From Alphaproteobacteria bacterium (GTDB lineage Bacteria > Pseudomonadota > Alphaproteobacteria > Bin95): a stretch of DNA of 64,000 nucleotides. The stretch spans positions 497,644-561,643 of the forward strand of contig CAXXWS020000002.1 in NCBI GenBank assembly GCA_963665325.3. The letters are read 5' to 3'. This document shows, piece by piece, positions 8,987 to 18,241 of the stretch. The notes beneath the pieces were generated by a model. The model saw only the letters and a list, made by a program, of their open reading frames with translations, did not search any database and was not told the DNA's origin. Every line of letters begins with the position of its first letter. Within the stretch, counting starts at the first letter, position 1. The translations under genes and the position numbers were made by a program.

Positions 8987-11900
8987 GCCGCCGCTCCACG
9001 CCGCTGTTGTCTGCCGGCCAGCCGGTCGGCCATGGCGTCCAGCACCTCGCGCACCGAGGCGCGGGAGCGGGCGCCGCGCGCCTCCAGCTCTGCCAGCACG
9101 TGCTCGATCTGCTGGAGAGCTGATCCGGCCGGGAACGCCTCGGCGAGCACGCGCCGCGCCTCGGCCGGCCCGAGGCGGGACTGGACCCTGCGCCTCAGCG
9201 CCACGTCCACCGGCCTTGTATTGAGCGCCCAGAGCTCCTGCGGCCCGGGCGCATTGACCACCAGCTGCTCCAGCCGCCCGCGTTCGCCGGGGGCGATCAG
9301 CAGCGCCGGCGCGCCGCCCGGGCCGGGTCCCGTCAGCTCGAACTTCACGATGTCGTTCAGCGTGTCCGTCAGGCCGAACGTGGCCGCCATGGCCTCGACC
9401 TCGCGCGCCTGGCCGCCCGCGCCCAGGATCCAGTATTGCGTCGCCAAATCGACCAGGCCGTCGCCGAAGTCCTCCAGCCGCTGGCTGGAGAGCGCGAGCC
9501 GGGCGCCCGCCTTCCTTGCCTCGCGCACGTCGCGCTCCACCTGGGCGCGCACGGCCGGCGCCCCGGCCGTGCGGTGGTATTCGTCGTAGCAGAGCCGCTT
9601 CGGGGTCTCGCGGACCTCCCGGTTGCGCCTGGCGTGCCAGTCGCGGTAGCGCTCCGGCACCCCGGCCAGGTCCTCTTCCGCCAGCCACCAGGTCCGCGTC
9701 AGCGCATGGCGGGCCAGCATGTAGAACGCCGCCGTCTGCCGGTCGGCCTCGGGGCTGCCCGTCGGCGCGACTTCGGCGAGATCGATCACCGCGAGGCGCG
9801 CATTGCCGATATCGAAGGACGTCGCCCGGAACATGTTCGGCCAGGCTGAGGAGAGCCCCGTCAGGATGCGCCGGAACGCGGCCGTCACCGTCTCGCCGCC
9901 GGACCCGTAACGGGCCTCGCGCACCAGGCCCTGCACGGCTTCGGCCTGCGCCGCCGAGGGCAGCTCCGCGAATGTCGGCGCCGCGCGGCGCTGCGCCCGG
10001 ATGGCGGCCTCGACGGCGCCGGCCTCGAAGAGCGCATCGACGACCTCCCATTGCAGCGCCTCTCCGTGCAGGGCGATCCCGTAGAGGTCGAGCGCGGCAT
10101 CCACTTGCGCGTCCTCGCCCCGGTTCCAGAGCTTCGGCTCGCCGTTCCTCGCCGTGTCGGAGGCGAGCTTGTAGGCTTCCTCGACGGTGGCCCCGATCAG
10201 CTCGCGCATGCCGTCGGGCAGGCCGCCGCTGCCGACCGGCGTCACCATCAGCGAGAGCAGGTTCACGAGGAACGCGCGCTCGGCCGGCAGCGGGAAGCGG
10301 CAGCCGAGCTGCGTGTCCATGGGGTTGACGGCATCGGAGGCGTCCATGCGCCAGCGCCAGCGGCCCGCCTCGTGGCGCCGCGAGACCGGCAATGCGTCGC
10401 GCACCATCTCCACGAGCCCGGCCGCCGAGGGCCCGATATCGACGACGGCCTGCAGCGGCAGGCGCGCCTGGCCGCCCTGGAGGCAGAAGGCGAGCCCGAG
10501 CGTGTTCAGCAGCACCGACTTGCCCCGCCCCGGAATGCCGTGGATCAGGTCGAAGCCGTGCTCGGCGCCCTCGAAGCCGAAGGGCAGCGCCTTGCCGTCG
10601 GGCGCCATGAACATGTGCGAGGCGGCCGCCATCCGGTCCGACCGCGCGAGCGGCGCCGGGCGCGACACCGGCAGCATGCGCAGCACCTGGTGAAGAGGCG
10701 CCAGGCCCGCCACCGCAGTCGAGCCGCAGGCGAAGCCCGGCGCCGACATCGCCAGCGCCTGGAGCGGGTCTCCGGTGACGCGCGTCACCGCGATCTCACC
10801 CCAGCCCTCGACGAGCTGCTGCAGACGGCTCGCGCGGCGCGTCAGCTCCTCCCGCCTCGCTTCCGTCGCGATCGGCCCGTCCACCCAAGTCAGGAACTGG
10901 ACCCGGACCCTGACCACGGCGCGCCCGGTGTCGGCATGGGCGGCAAGCGCCCGCGAGGCGTCGCGCACCGCCAGGCTGTCCGAGGAGGAGAACGCCAGGA
11001 ACGGCGCGAGCGCATGGCGCAGCACCGCGCCCGCATGCTTCATGCCGCCGCCTTCGATCAGCACCGAGACGCGGAGCGGCAGGTTGCCGGCGGCCGCCAG
11101 CCGCGCCATCAGCTCGGAGAACGGCCTCACGATGCGGGGTCCGAGCTCCATGTCGAACGGCGCCCAGAGGCGCGGGCCCAGCAGCACCGTGCGGGCGTCG
11201 AGAACCTCCGGGTCCTGGATCAGCACCTGCGGGGCGAGCGGCGGCGGGAAGGCGCCCAGGATCGCGGGCTCCAGCTGGCGCGGCGGGGCCTCGTTGGCCG
11301 AGGTCACCGGAACCCAGCCGTCGCCGACGCTCTCCGGGCCCATCAGCCACCAGCGCAGCACGCGCACCGCGTCATGCGCGCCGAGAACCCGTGCGACCAG
11401 GCCCGTCTCCTCCAGCACGGCCTGCACGGACTCCGTGAACGCCAGATGCCTTGCGCCCAGCGCGCCGTCGGCCGCGAACGGGCATTGCGACTCGTCATCG
11501 CCCGGCGCCCAGTCCTGCATCCGGCGCTCGATCGCCTTCCTCTCGCGCTTCGCCTGGTCGCGCGGCAGCACGGCCGCGCCGCTCCAGCAGGCGATGGTGA
11601 GCCGCTCGCCCGCCGCCCGGGGCGCCAGGCGCTCAACCCTCTCGGCGATCGGGCCCTCGAGATCGAGCCCGAGCCGGGCGCAGCTCTGCCGCTGGCGCCC
11701 GGCCGCGTCCTCGAGCAACCGCCTTCCTTCCTCCGGCGCGCGCTCGAAGACGACATGCAGCGTGTGGCCGCGCTCCAGGAACGCCGTGCCGAGCCGGCGC
11801 TCGACCGTCTCCACCAACCGGTCCAGCTCCGCCTCTCCCATCGCGCTGCGGGCGCCGCCGACATCGATGACCGACGCAAGCGAGCCGTCATGGCCGATCA

Positions 11901-12024
11901 GCAGGCCCGTCCCGTCGCGCTCGGCCGCGGCGCGCACCAGCATGAAGCTCTCCAGCGGCTTGCGCCGCACGTCCCACGACCAGTGAAGCAGGTCCTCCAG
12001 CCCGTCCGCGAGGCCCCGCCGCAT
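8983..12024 (-). CDS. dotO: T4BSS ATPase DotO/IcmB (TraU-like, VirB4 analogue)
   Basis: Trimmed from track ORF 8983..12483 to the ATG at 12022-12024 (MRRGLADGLEDLLHW..), which shares 1 nt with the upstream stop. 1013 aa. Walker A GIPGRGKS. Size and position match TraU/DotO. Confidence 0.85.
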   Translation of the reverse strand: MRRGLADGLEDLLHWSWDVRRKPLESFMLVRAAAERDGTGLLIGHDGSLASVIDVGGARSAMGEAELDRLVETVERRLGTAFLERGHTLHVVFERAPEEGRRLLEDAAGRQRQSCARLGLDLEGPIAERVERLAPRAAGERLTIACWSGAAVLPRDQAKRERKAIERRMQDWAPGDDESQCPFAADGALGARHLAFTESVQAVLEETGLVARVLGAHDAVRVLRWWLMGPESVGDGWVPVTSANEAPPRQLEPAILGAFPPPLAPQVLIQDPEVLDARTVLLGPRLWAPFDMELGPRIVRPFSELMARLAAAGNLPLRVSVLIEGGGMKHAGAVLRHALAPFLAFSSSDSLAVRDASRALAAHADTGRAVVRVRVQFLTWVDGPIATEARREELTRRASRLQQLVEGWGEIAVTRVTGDPLQALAMSAPGFACGSTAVAGLAPLHQVLRMLPVSRPAPLARSDRMAAASHMFMAPDGKALPFGFEGAEHGFDLIHGIPGRGKSVLLNTLGLAFCLQGGQARLPLQAVVDIGPSAAGLVEMVRDALPVSRRHEAGRWRWRMDASDAVNPMDTQLGCRFPLPAERAFLVNLLSLMVTPVGSGGLPDGMRELIGATVEEAYKLASDTARNGEPKLWNRGEDAQVDAALDLYGIALHGEALQWEVVDALFEAGAVEAAIRAQRRAAPTFAELPSAAQAEAVQGLVREARYGSGGETVTAAFRRILTGLSSAWPNMFRATSFDIGNARLAVIDLAEVAPTGSPEADRQTAAFYMLARHALTRTWWLAEEDLAGVPERYRDWHARRNREVRETPKRLCYDEYHRTAGAPAVRAQVERDVREARKAGARLALSSQRLEDFGDGLVDLATQYWILGAGGQAREVEAMAATFGLTDTLNDIVKFELTGPGPGGAPALLIAPGERGRLEQLVVNAPGPQELWALNTRPVDVALRRRVQSRLGPAEARRVLAEAFPAGSALQQIEHVLAELEARGARSRASVREVLDAMADRLAGRQQRRGAAA

Positions 12025-12452
12025 TACTGGAACTTCGGCTTCTGGAGCCCGGGATCGCGGTCGAGGCCGATACCTTCGACGATCGAATCGATCAGCGCCG
12101 GCGCCGAGGCCAGAGCCACCGCGACCAGAATGCCCACCACCGGCAAAGCGAGCCCGCCGCGCTGCTGGTTCTCCAGGTTGGTCTTGAAGCGCAGGATCGC
12201 CCAGCCGCCGACGAATATCGCCAGCCCATAGAACACCCATTCCATCAGGACCATCGCCTCCTCGATCTGGGTGGCTCCGTCCTCCGCCAGCTCGCCCAGC
12301 GTCACCGCCTTCGCCGGACCCGCCCGGAACAGCACCGCGGTGAACGCCGCCGCCGCCAGTCCCGCCATGAACTCCCGGACCTGCCGGGCCATGGCTTCCA
12401 TTCTCTCCTTCATCTCCAACCTCCTTCTTCCGGTTGAAATCCGCCGTCTCAT
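12024..12452 (-). CDS. small inner-membrane T4BSS protein (DotP/DotV/TraR-like), paralog of 12449..12805
   Basis: Two hydrophobic helices. ..GGWAILRFKTNLENQQRGGLALPVVGILVAVALASAPALIDSIVEG aligns with the neighbouring ORF. ATGA overlap at 12449-12452. Confidence 0.6.
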   Translation of the reverse strand: MRRRISTGRRRLEMKERMEAMARQVREFMAGLAAAAFTAVLFRAGPAKAVTLGELAEDGATQIEEAMVLMEWVFYGLAIFVGGWAILRFKTNLENQQRGGLALPVVGILVAVALASAPALIDSIVEGIGLDRDPGLQKPKFQ

Positions 12453-12805
12453 TCGCCGCGCCAGACGGGCGGTTCATGTCCAATGGCCAAACCCTCCAGC
12501 AGCGCCTCGATCAGCGAGGGCGCCGTGGCCAGCGCGACCGCGAAGGCGATCCCCACCACCGGCGTAATCAGGCCGCCGGGCTTCGGGGCATCGAAATGCA
12601 TTTTGAGCCTCAGGAGCGCCCAACCGCCGACGCACACTGCCAGCGCGTAGAATGTCCATGTCACCAGCCACGGCAGCAGGTCCTCGAGCGGATGGCCGGG
12701 GCGGTACAAGAGGTCCTCGCCCATCCCGTAAGGCTTCGCGACCGCCATGCCGGCCGCCAGCGACGCGCCGGCCGCGAAGGCGGAATACGCCGCCCGCCGC
12801 CTCAT
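12449..12805 (-). CDS. small inner-membrane T4BSS protein, paralog of 12024..12452
   Basis: Trimmed from track ORF 12449..13447 to the ATG at 12805 (ATGA overlap). ..GGWALLRLKMHFDAPKPGGLITPVVGIAFAVALATAPSLIEALLEG. Confidence 0.6.
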   Translation of the reverse strand: MRRRAAYSAFAAGASLAAGMAVAKPYGMGEDLLYRPGHPLEDLLPWLVTWTFYALAVCVGGWALLRLKMHFDAPKPGGLITPVVGIAFAVALATAPSLIEALLEGLAIGHEPPVWRGE

Positions 12806-13335
12806 ATCGGCACCGCCTGGACGCCGAGCGTCTCCTGAAGGGCGCGGACCAGGCCCGCCATGTGCCAGGCGAGCACGCCGCCCAAGAGGTGCGAGCCGGC
12901 CTGCGCCAGCGTCGCCTGGCCGCGCCCGTCCACCGCGTGCTTCAGCACGAACAGGCCGCGCATGAACGCGAACACGCCGATCCACGCCACCACGGTGAAC
13001 GCCGCCTGGACCGCGGCGCCGAAGCGCGCCCACTCGCCCGAGGCGGGCGGGATCCACGCCACCGCCGCCGCCGCCTCGCGCTCGGCGCCGAACAGCGACT
13101 CGCCGCCCGCGGCCAGCACCGCCGGCAGCTGGGCCAGCAGCGGCGCCAGCAGGAACAGCATCGCCGTGCCCGTCGCCGTGCCGGGCCAGTGGCCGCCCGC
13201 ATGGCGCAACAGGCGCAGGCACGCCCCCAGGAAGCAGAACGCCGCGAGCGCATAGCAGACCCAGGTCATCAGCGTCCGGAGCGCCGGGTCGACGTTCTCG
13301 ACCAGCGCCCGGAAGGCCTCCTCCAGACCGTTCAT
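12802..13335 (-). CDS. polytopic inner-membrane protein (DotE/IcmC-TraQ position)
   Basis: Trimmed from track ORF 12802..14871 to the ATG at 13335 (ATGA overlap with the dotG stop). 177 aa with about 4 TM helices. Confidence 0.6.
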   Translation of the reverse strand: MNGLEEAFRALVENVDPALRTLMTWVCYALAAFCFLGACLRLLRHAGGHWPGTATGTAMLFLLAPLLAQLPAVLAAGGESLFGAEREAAAAVAWIPPASGEWARFGAAVQAAFTVVAWIGVFAFMRGLFVLKHAVDGRGQATLAQAGSHLLGGVLAWHMAGLVRALQETLGVQAVPI

Positions 13336-14573
13336 TGCGCGGCGCCCACGTTGGGCCGGATGACGGCCCCGCCGGCATCGATCGTGGCGACGGGAGGTTC
13401 GCGTCCGGGCGGTGCGGCGCCTGACGCAGGCTCCGCACTGCCGCCACGCTCCTCCGGCTCGGGCGGCGCGGTCACGACCAGCACCAGCTCGGTGTCGACC
13501 GGGACCCGGACCGTCGGCCCGTCCGGAGCGGACTCCAGCAGCACCCGGCTCGCGACCCGGGCCGCGCTGGCCGCGCCCGCATGGACCTGCTGGCGGTGCG
13601 TGGGGGCCCCGCTCTCCACCGTTATCGAGTTGCCCGAGGCATCGCGCGTCACGATCTGCGCCGTGCGCGCGGCCGCATCGAGGAACCCTTCCGCGAAGGC
13701 CAGCGCCGAGGGCAGCAGCACGCGCTGGAACCAGTGCCGGTCGACCTCCCCCGGAATGCCGTAGCAGGCGCAGCCCGGGTCCACCGCCCAGCCCTCGACC
13801 GCCCAGCTTCGCCGCCCGAGCGAAAGCCGGTCGATCCGGATCACCAGCCGCTCGCCCTGCTCCTGGAACGCCCCGGTCGCGACGGCGCCCGCCAGAGGCG
13901 GCTCCAGCACCTCCAGCACCACCGGGCCCGGCCAGTCGCTGTTCGCTTCGTAGAGCGTGCGCGCATAGAGGCCCCGGCCGACGGCCAGGGCCGCGAGCGC
14001 CGCCGGCAGCCGGGACGCGGCCCGGCCCCGTTCCGGACCGGCCCGGGCGCTCTCCACCGTCTCTTCGCGGGCGTATTCCAGCCAGGCCGCCTTGCCCGGC
14101 GGCTCGCCCAGCACTTCCAGCAGCGCGTCGAGCGGCGAAGACGACGCCTCCCGGTCGCGGCCGCGCTCGGGCAGGCGCTCGCGGTATCCGGCCGCCGGCT
14201 CGGCGCGTTGCCGCTCCACCGGATCGTCCGGGGCCGGCCGGGCCTCCGGAGGAGCCTCCACGATGTCGGGAGGCGGTCCGGCTTCGGCGGCGGGCACGGC
14301 CGGGATCGTCGCCGGGGGCGGTCCCTCCCGCACAGCGGGCCCGGGAGGTGCTGGCCGCGTCGGCTTGTGGAAGGTCGGCGCGAAGCTCTCGCCCTCCTTC
14401 CGGGCCCGGCGCTCGCGCGTCGCGTCGTCCGCCTCGATCGCGTCGCGAAAGGCCGGCGCCACCGGCTTCTGCGGGTCGAACTGGACACCCTCGCCGCCCG
14501 ATTCCGCCCAGGCCCCCGAGAGCGGAAGCAGGAGCGCAGCGAGCGCCAGCGCCGCGAGACGGACAACCGCCAT
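13332..14573 (-). CDS. dotG: DotG/IcmE (TraO-like, VirB10/TrbI-domain) channel protein
   Basis: Signal/anchor segment, Pro-rich linker, and a C-terminal VirB10-like barrel block (..GWAVDPGCACYGIPGEVDRHWFQRVLL..). Confidence 0.75.
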   Translation of the reverse strand: MAVVRLAALALAALLLPLSGAWAESGGEGVQFDPQKPVAPAFRDAIEADDATRERRARKEGESFAPTFHKPTRPAPPGPAVREGPPPATIPAVPAAEAGPPPDIVEAPPEARPAPDDPVERQRAEPAAGYRERLPERGRDREASSSPLDALLEVLGEPPGKAAWLEYAREETVESARAGPERGRAASRLPAALAALAVGRGLYARTLYEANSDWPGPVVLEVLEPPLAGAVATGAFQEQGERLVIRIDRLSLGRRSWAVEGWAVDPGCACYGIPGEVDRHWFQRVLLPSALAFAEGFLDAAARTAQIVTRDASGNSITVESGAPTHRQQVHAGAASAARVASRVLLESAPDGPTVRVPVDTELVLVVTAPPEPEERGGSAEPASGAAPPGREPPVATIDAGGAVIRPNVGAAQ

Positions 14574-14579
14574 CGGCTG

Positions 14580-14885
14580 TCAGCCCTCCCCGCCGCCATT
14601 GACCGCGCGCTTCAACGCCGTCGCGGGGCGGAAGTGGACGACCCGCCGGGCCGGTGCCGTCCCGCGCTCTCCCGTACGGGGGTCGGTGAACGGCCTCTCG
14701 GCCCGCTCCCTCGTCGAGAACGTTCCGAAGTCCCGGAACACCACCCGGTCGCCGGCCGCGATCCGTTCCTGCATCCCCGAAATCACCGCGTCCACCGCAA
14801 TAGCGGCCGCCTTCCGGTTCAGTCCCGTCTCCCTCGCGACCGCGATCGTGAGCTCCTTGCGCGCCCACCATGTCTTCTCTGTCAT
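14580..14885 (-). CDS. HU/IHF-family DNA-binding protein
   Basis: 101 aa. ..KELTIAVARETGLNRKAAAIAVDAVISGMQERIAAGDRVVFRDFGTFSTRERAERPFTDPRTGE..VHFRPATALKRAVN aligns along its length with the HU fold consensus. Confidence 0.85.
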   Translation of the reverse strand: MTEKTWWARKELTIAVARETGLNRKAAAIAVDAVISGMQERIAAGDRVVFRDFGTFSTRERAERPFTDPRTGERGTAPARRVVHFRPATALKRAVNGGGEG

Positions 14886-14886
14886 G

Positions 14887-15915
14887 TCAGTTCTCCCTTG
14901 CAGGCTGCGGGATGTCGGTCCGTTCCAGGAAGGCCGCCCGCAGCTCGCGGCCCTCCTCGGAAACCATCGCGTAGGGAACCCCCGCCAGCCGGTAGGCCCA
15001 GCGCCCCGAGGGATCGCGCTCCGCCGCGCGCGGGCCGGGCGAGAGCAGATGCGCCCGGGTCACCAGCAGCAGCTCGTCGCCGAGCCGCCAGGCGCGCGCC
15101 TCGACGCCCTCGACATCGAGGGGAAGGGCGCCGGCCGGGGGATTGCCCGAAAGCAGGCCCAGCAGCATGTCGGAGCCGGCATGGAAGCCGGCGGCGCCGG
15201 CGCCGGCGAGCGGATCGGCATTGGGACCCGCCTTGGCGAGACGCAGGTCCACGCGGAAGTCGGCCACGCCCTCGCGCTCGCCCAGCATCAGCAGCACCGG
15301 CTCGGCCAGGCCCTCCAGCATCACCGAGGCATTGCCCGCGAGCCACCGGGCCTCCGGCGCGAAATGCACCAGGTGCGGACTGCCGTCCCGCTTCGTCGCG
15401 CCCAGGCGCCCGTCCGCCAGCACCGCCTCGATCGGCCAGGGCGCGCCCGTGCGGTCGAAGAACCCGACCGAGGTCACATAGCCCGCCCTGACCGCGATCT
15501 CCGGCACCCCGTCCGCGGCCAGCGGGTCGAGCCTGAGGCGGCGCACGCGCCCGAGGGCCTTGCCTTCCCGCGCATGGGCCGCCGCCTGCTGCGTCTGCCG
15601 CAGCAGGCGCCCCAGAAGCTCGATCTGCTCGCGGGTCAGGGGCAGCCGCGCCCGGCCCGCCGCAGCCGCCTCCTCGTCCGGCATCGCATGCTCCGGCCAG
15701 ATATCGCCGTCCGGATCGGGCGCGGCGCCGGTGTTCGGCACGGAGCCCACGTTGGGCACGGAGCCGACGTTCGGCCCGGAAGAGGGCGGAGGCAGCGTCT
15801 CCGGTCCGGGCGTCGCCGGCGCCTGCGCCCGGGCCGGCGAGGAGGCCGCCGGCATTCCGAGCGCCAGCAGCGCCGCAATCCCGGCAGCCCGGACCCGCGT
15901 TCCTGTCCACGTCAT
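14887..15915 (-). CDS. dotH: DotH/IcmK (TraN-like) outer-membrane-complex protein
   Basis: Trimmed from track ORF 14887..16500 to the ATG at 15915 (ATGA overlap). Signal peptide present. Position between the dotI-like genes and dotG as in IncI and Legionella. Short GSVPNV tandem repeat near the N-terminus. Confidence 0.7.
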   Translation of the reverse strand: MTWTGTRVRAAGIAALLALGMPAASSPARAQAPATPGPETLPPPSSGPNVGSVPNVGSVPNTGAAPDPDGDIWPEHAMPDEEAAAAGRARLPLTREQIELLGRLLRQTQQAAAHAREGKALGRVRRLRLDPLAADGVPEIAVRAGYVTSVGFFDRTGAPWPIEAVLADGRLGATKRDGSPHLVHFAPEARWLAGNASVMLEGLAEPVLLMLGEREGVADFRVDLRLAKAGPNADPLAGAGAAGFHAGSDMLLGLLSGNPPAGALPLDVEGVEARAWRLGDELLLVTRAHLLSPGPRAAERDPSGRWAYRLAGVPYAMVSEEGRELRAAFLERTDIPQPAREN

Positions 15916-16574
15916 CGCCGCCCCTCCGCCTTCCTCGCCAGCAGGAAGTCCGCGATCGCGACGCCCGAGAGCCGTTCGGAGCGCGGAACCCGGACCACCA
16001 GCGCCCGGGCCGCGAGGCGCTCGTCCGCCTTCTCGCCCTCGCCCGCGTAGAAGGTCAGCAGCAGCGGGAACTCGACCTCGTAGCCGACCGCCCCGTCCGG
16101 CATGGTCCGGAGCCGCGCCATCACCGGCGCCCCCTGCGCTACCGCCGAGACCACCTGGCGCTGCCTGCGCAGGCGCTCCAGCACCAGGCTCCGCTCCAGC
16201 ACAAGCTGCCAGGCCCGGAACCCGTCTTCCGTGAACCGGCCGCGCATTTCCTCCATGCGGGCCTCCCAGTCGTCGAAGCCGATATCCAGCGCCTTCGTCA
16301 CCGTCGCCACCGTCCAGGCGAGCATCACGTCCACCTCCATGCCGCCGCCGGCGTCCTCCTTGCCGTGGATCGGCACCGCCCGTCCGTCCGCGTCCAGCGC
16401 CAGCGCCACGGGGACCGTCTCGCGGAGCAGCATCGAGGCGAGCAGAACGGCCGCCGTCAGCAGCTGGCAGGCCGCGAGGCCGAGCGCGAGCGCCGGCCAC
16501 GGGCCGTGATGCAGGGGATCGCGCGCCGCCGCCGCAGGCCGGGCGTCCGCGCCGTGCGTGTCTGCCGCCGTCAC
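15912..16574 (-). CDS. dotI: DotI/IcmL-family (TraM-like) inner-membrane protein
   Basis: One TM helix followed by the conserved periplasmic domain (..VDVMLAWTVATVTKALDIGFDDWEARMEEMRGRFTEDGF..YEVEFPLLLTFYAGE..). GTGA overlap at 16571-16574. Confidence 0.75.
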   Translation of the reverse strand: MTAADTHGADARPAAAARDPLHHGPWPALALGLAACQLLTAAVLLASMLLRETVPVALALDADGRAVPIHGKEDAGGGMEVDVMLAWTVATVTKALDIGFDDWEARMEEMRGRFTEDGFRAWQLVLERSLVLERLRRQRQVVSAVAQGAPVMARLRTMPDGAVGYEVEFPLLLTFYAGEGEKADERLAARALVVRVPRSERLSGVAIADFLLARKAEGRR

Positions 16575-17275
16575 CGGCCCGCCTCCCTCGTCAGATGCAG
16601 CAGCGCGACCGCGATCCCGGCGAGCCGCTCCGAGCGCGACATGCGCATCACCAGCGCCTTCGCGCGGAGCGTCTCCTCGACCCGCTCGTCCTCGCCCGCC
16701 CAGAAGGTCAGCAGCAGCGGGAACTCGACCTCATAGCCCACGCCCCCGTCGTCGAAACGGCGCACCCGCAGGAGCACCGGCGCGCCCCGCGCCACCGCCG
16801 AGACCGCCTGGCCCTGGCTACCGACGCGCTGGAATACGAGGCTCTGCTCCAGCATCCGCCGGTAGCTCTCATAGCCCTCGTCCGTGAACCGCTTGCGAAC
16901 GCCCTCCACCCGCATCCGGAAATCGTGGAAGCCCATGGTGAAGGCCTCGGTCACGGCCGCCACCGTCCAGGTGAGCATGAAGCCCACCTCGTCCTGGGCA
17001 TCTGCGTTCTCCGCCGAGACGATCGGCAGCGTGCGGCCCGCCTGGTCCGTCGCGACCGCGACATAGACGGTCTCGCGCATGCCCATCCACAGCGCCAGCG
17101 CCGCCACCGTCAGAGCCTGGCCGGCAAGCGCGATCCCGGCGACCCGGCGCCAGACGCGGTGCTGCGCGATGTGGTAGGCCTCGGAGCGCGACACCGCCTC
17201 CATGACCGCACCGAGACGGGACGCGCGCTGCGTCTCCCTGCGTACCGTCCGGTCCCGCCACCAGAGGAGCCTCAT
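16571..17275 (-). CDS. second DotI/IcmL-family paralog (DotJ-like)
   Basis: Trimmed from track ORF 16571..17464 to the ATG at 17275 (ATGA overlap). ..VGFMLTWTVAAVTEAFTMGFHDFRMRVEGVRKRFTDEGY..YEVEFPLLLTFWAGE.. is clearly paralogous to 15912..16574. Confidence 0.75.
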   Translation of the reverse strand: MRLLWWRDRTVRRETQRASRLGAVMEAVSRSEAYHIAQHRVWRRVAGIALAGQALTVAALALWMGMRETVYVAVATDQAGRTLPIVSAENADAQDEVGFMLTWTVAAVTEAFTMGFHDFRMRVEGVRKRFTDEGYESYRRMLEQSLVFQRVGSQGQAVSAVARGAPVLLRVRRFDDGGVGYEVEFPLLLTFWAGEDERVEETLRAKALVMRMSRSERLAGIAVALLHLTREAGR

Positions 17276-18240
17276 CGCCGCGCCTCCGTCGTCATGAAGT
17301 CCGCCGAGGCCGGCAGCCCGGCATAGGTGCGAATCCCGCCGTCCCGCCCACGCCAGGCGAGCCACGGCACGGCGTCGGCCCCGAAGGCGCGCCAGAGCGC
17401 ATTGTTCGCCTCCAGGCGCAGCGCGTCCTCGGCGGTCGCCGGCGCCGGGTCCGAGCGGTACCACGCGAGGCCCGGGCGGGGCGAAGCAAGGATCCCGGCC
17501 GCATGCGTATGGGAGTCGGGGCTCATCACGCCCACCGGCACCGCATGCAGGCGGAACGCGCCCTCGAGCGCCAACTGCCCCAGCTCCGCCGCCGCACGCC
17601 TGGACCAGGGACAGCCGGGATCGACGAACGCGACCAGGTCCGGACCGCTCTCGCCCACCGTGAAGGCCGCGACATCGAGGCTGCGCTCGAACAGGGCGGC
17701 CGCGCGCGCCGGCCGCGCCGGGCCTGTGCCCGGGACCGAATGGCGCGGTTCTGCCGCCTCGCCGGCCGCAGCGCGCACCGCATCCGCCAACACGGCCTCG
17801 CCCGTTGCCGGCAGGGCGGCCCCAGCGGGGCTCGCTGACCGCGTCGGACCCGCAGTCCGCGTCGGACCCGCAGCCCGTTCGAGCTGGCCGCCCGTGAGCT
17901 CCAGGCCGTCCGGGCCGTAGAGCAGGCCCGCCACGACATGCCCGCCGGGCGCGGCATAGACCGTCAGCACGCTGCCGTCCGCCTTGCGCACGAGCCAGCC
18001 GTCCAGCACGCCCGCGCGCCCGAGCGGCACGAGCTCCGCGCCGGCATCCCGGAGCGCCGCCAGCGACGCCGGCGGCGGGTCCGACGCGGACCGCGGGCCC
18101 AACGTGGGCTCCGTGCCCGGCGCAGACTGCGGGTCCGGCGCGGACTGCGGGGCCTCTGCCGAGCGCCCGAGGCTGAGCCCGCCCAGGATCGCCAGCACCA
18201 GCAGCGCCGAGAACGCGAATGCGCGAAGGATCGTCTTCAT
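17272..18240 (-). CDS. periplasmic thioredoxin-fold DsbC/DsbG-like protein with a CPWS (CxxS) motif
   Basis: Signal peptide MKTILRAFAFSALLVLAILGG. DsbC-like N-terminal dimerisation-like region (GWLVRKADGSVLTVYAAPGGHVVAGLLYGPDG). Thioredoxin-like VAFVDPGCPWSRR. Confidence 0.6.
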   Translation of the reverse strand: MKTILRAFAFSALLVLAILGGLSLGRSAEAPQSAPDPQSAPGTEPTLGPRSASDPPPASLAALRDAGAELVPLGRAGVLDGWLVRKADGSVLTVYAAPGGHVVAGLLYGPDGLELTGGQLERAAGPTRTAGPTRSASPAGAALPATGEAVLADAVRAAAGEAAEPRHSVPGTGPARPARAAALFERSLDVAAFTVGESGPDLVAFVDPGCPWSRRAAAELGQLALEGAFRLHAVPVGVMSPDSHTHAAGILASPRPGLAWYRSDPAPATAEDALRLEANNALWRAFGADAVPWLAWRGRDGGIRTYAGLPASADFMTTEARR

Positions 18241-18241
18241 T

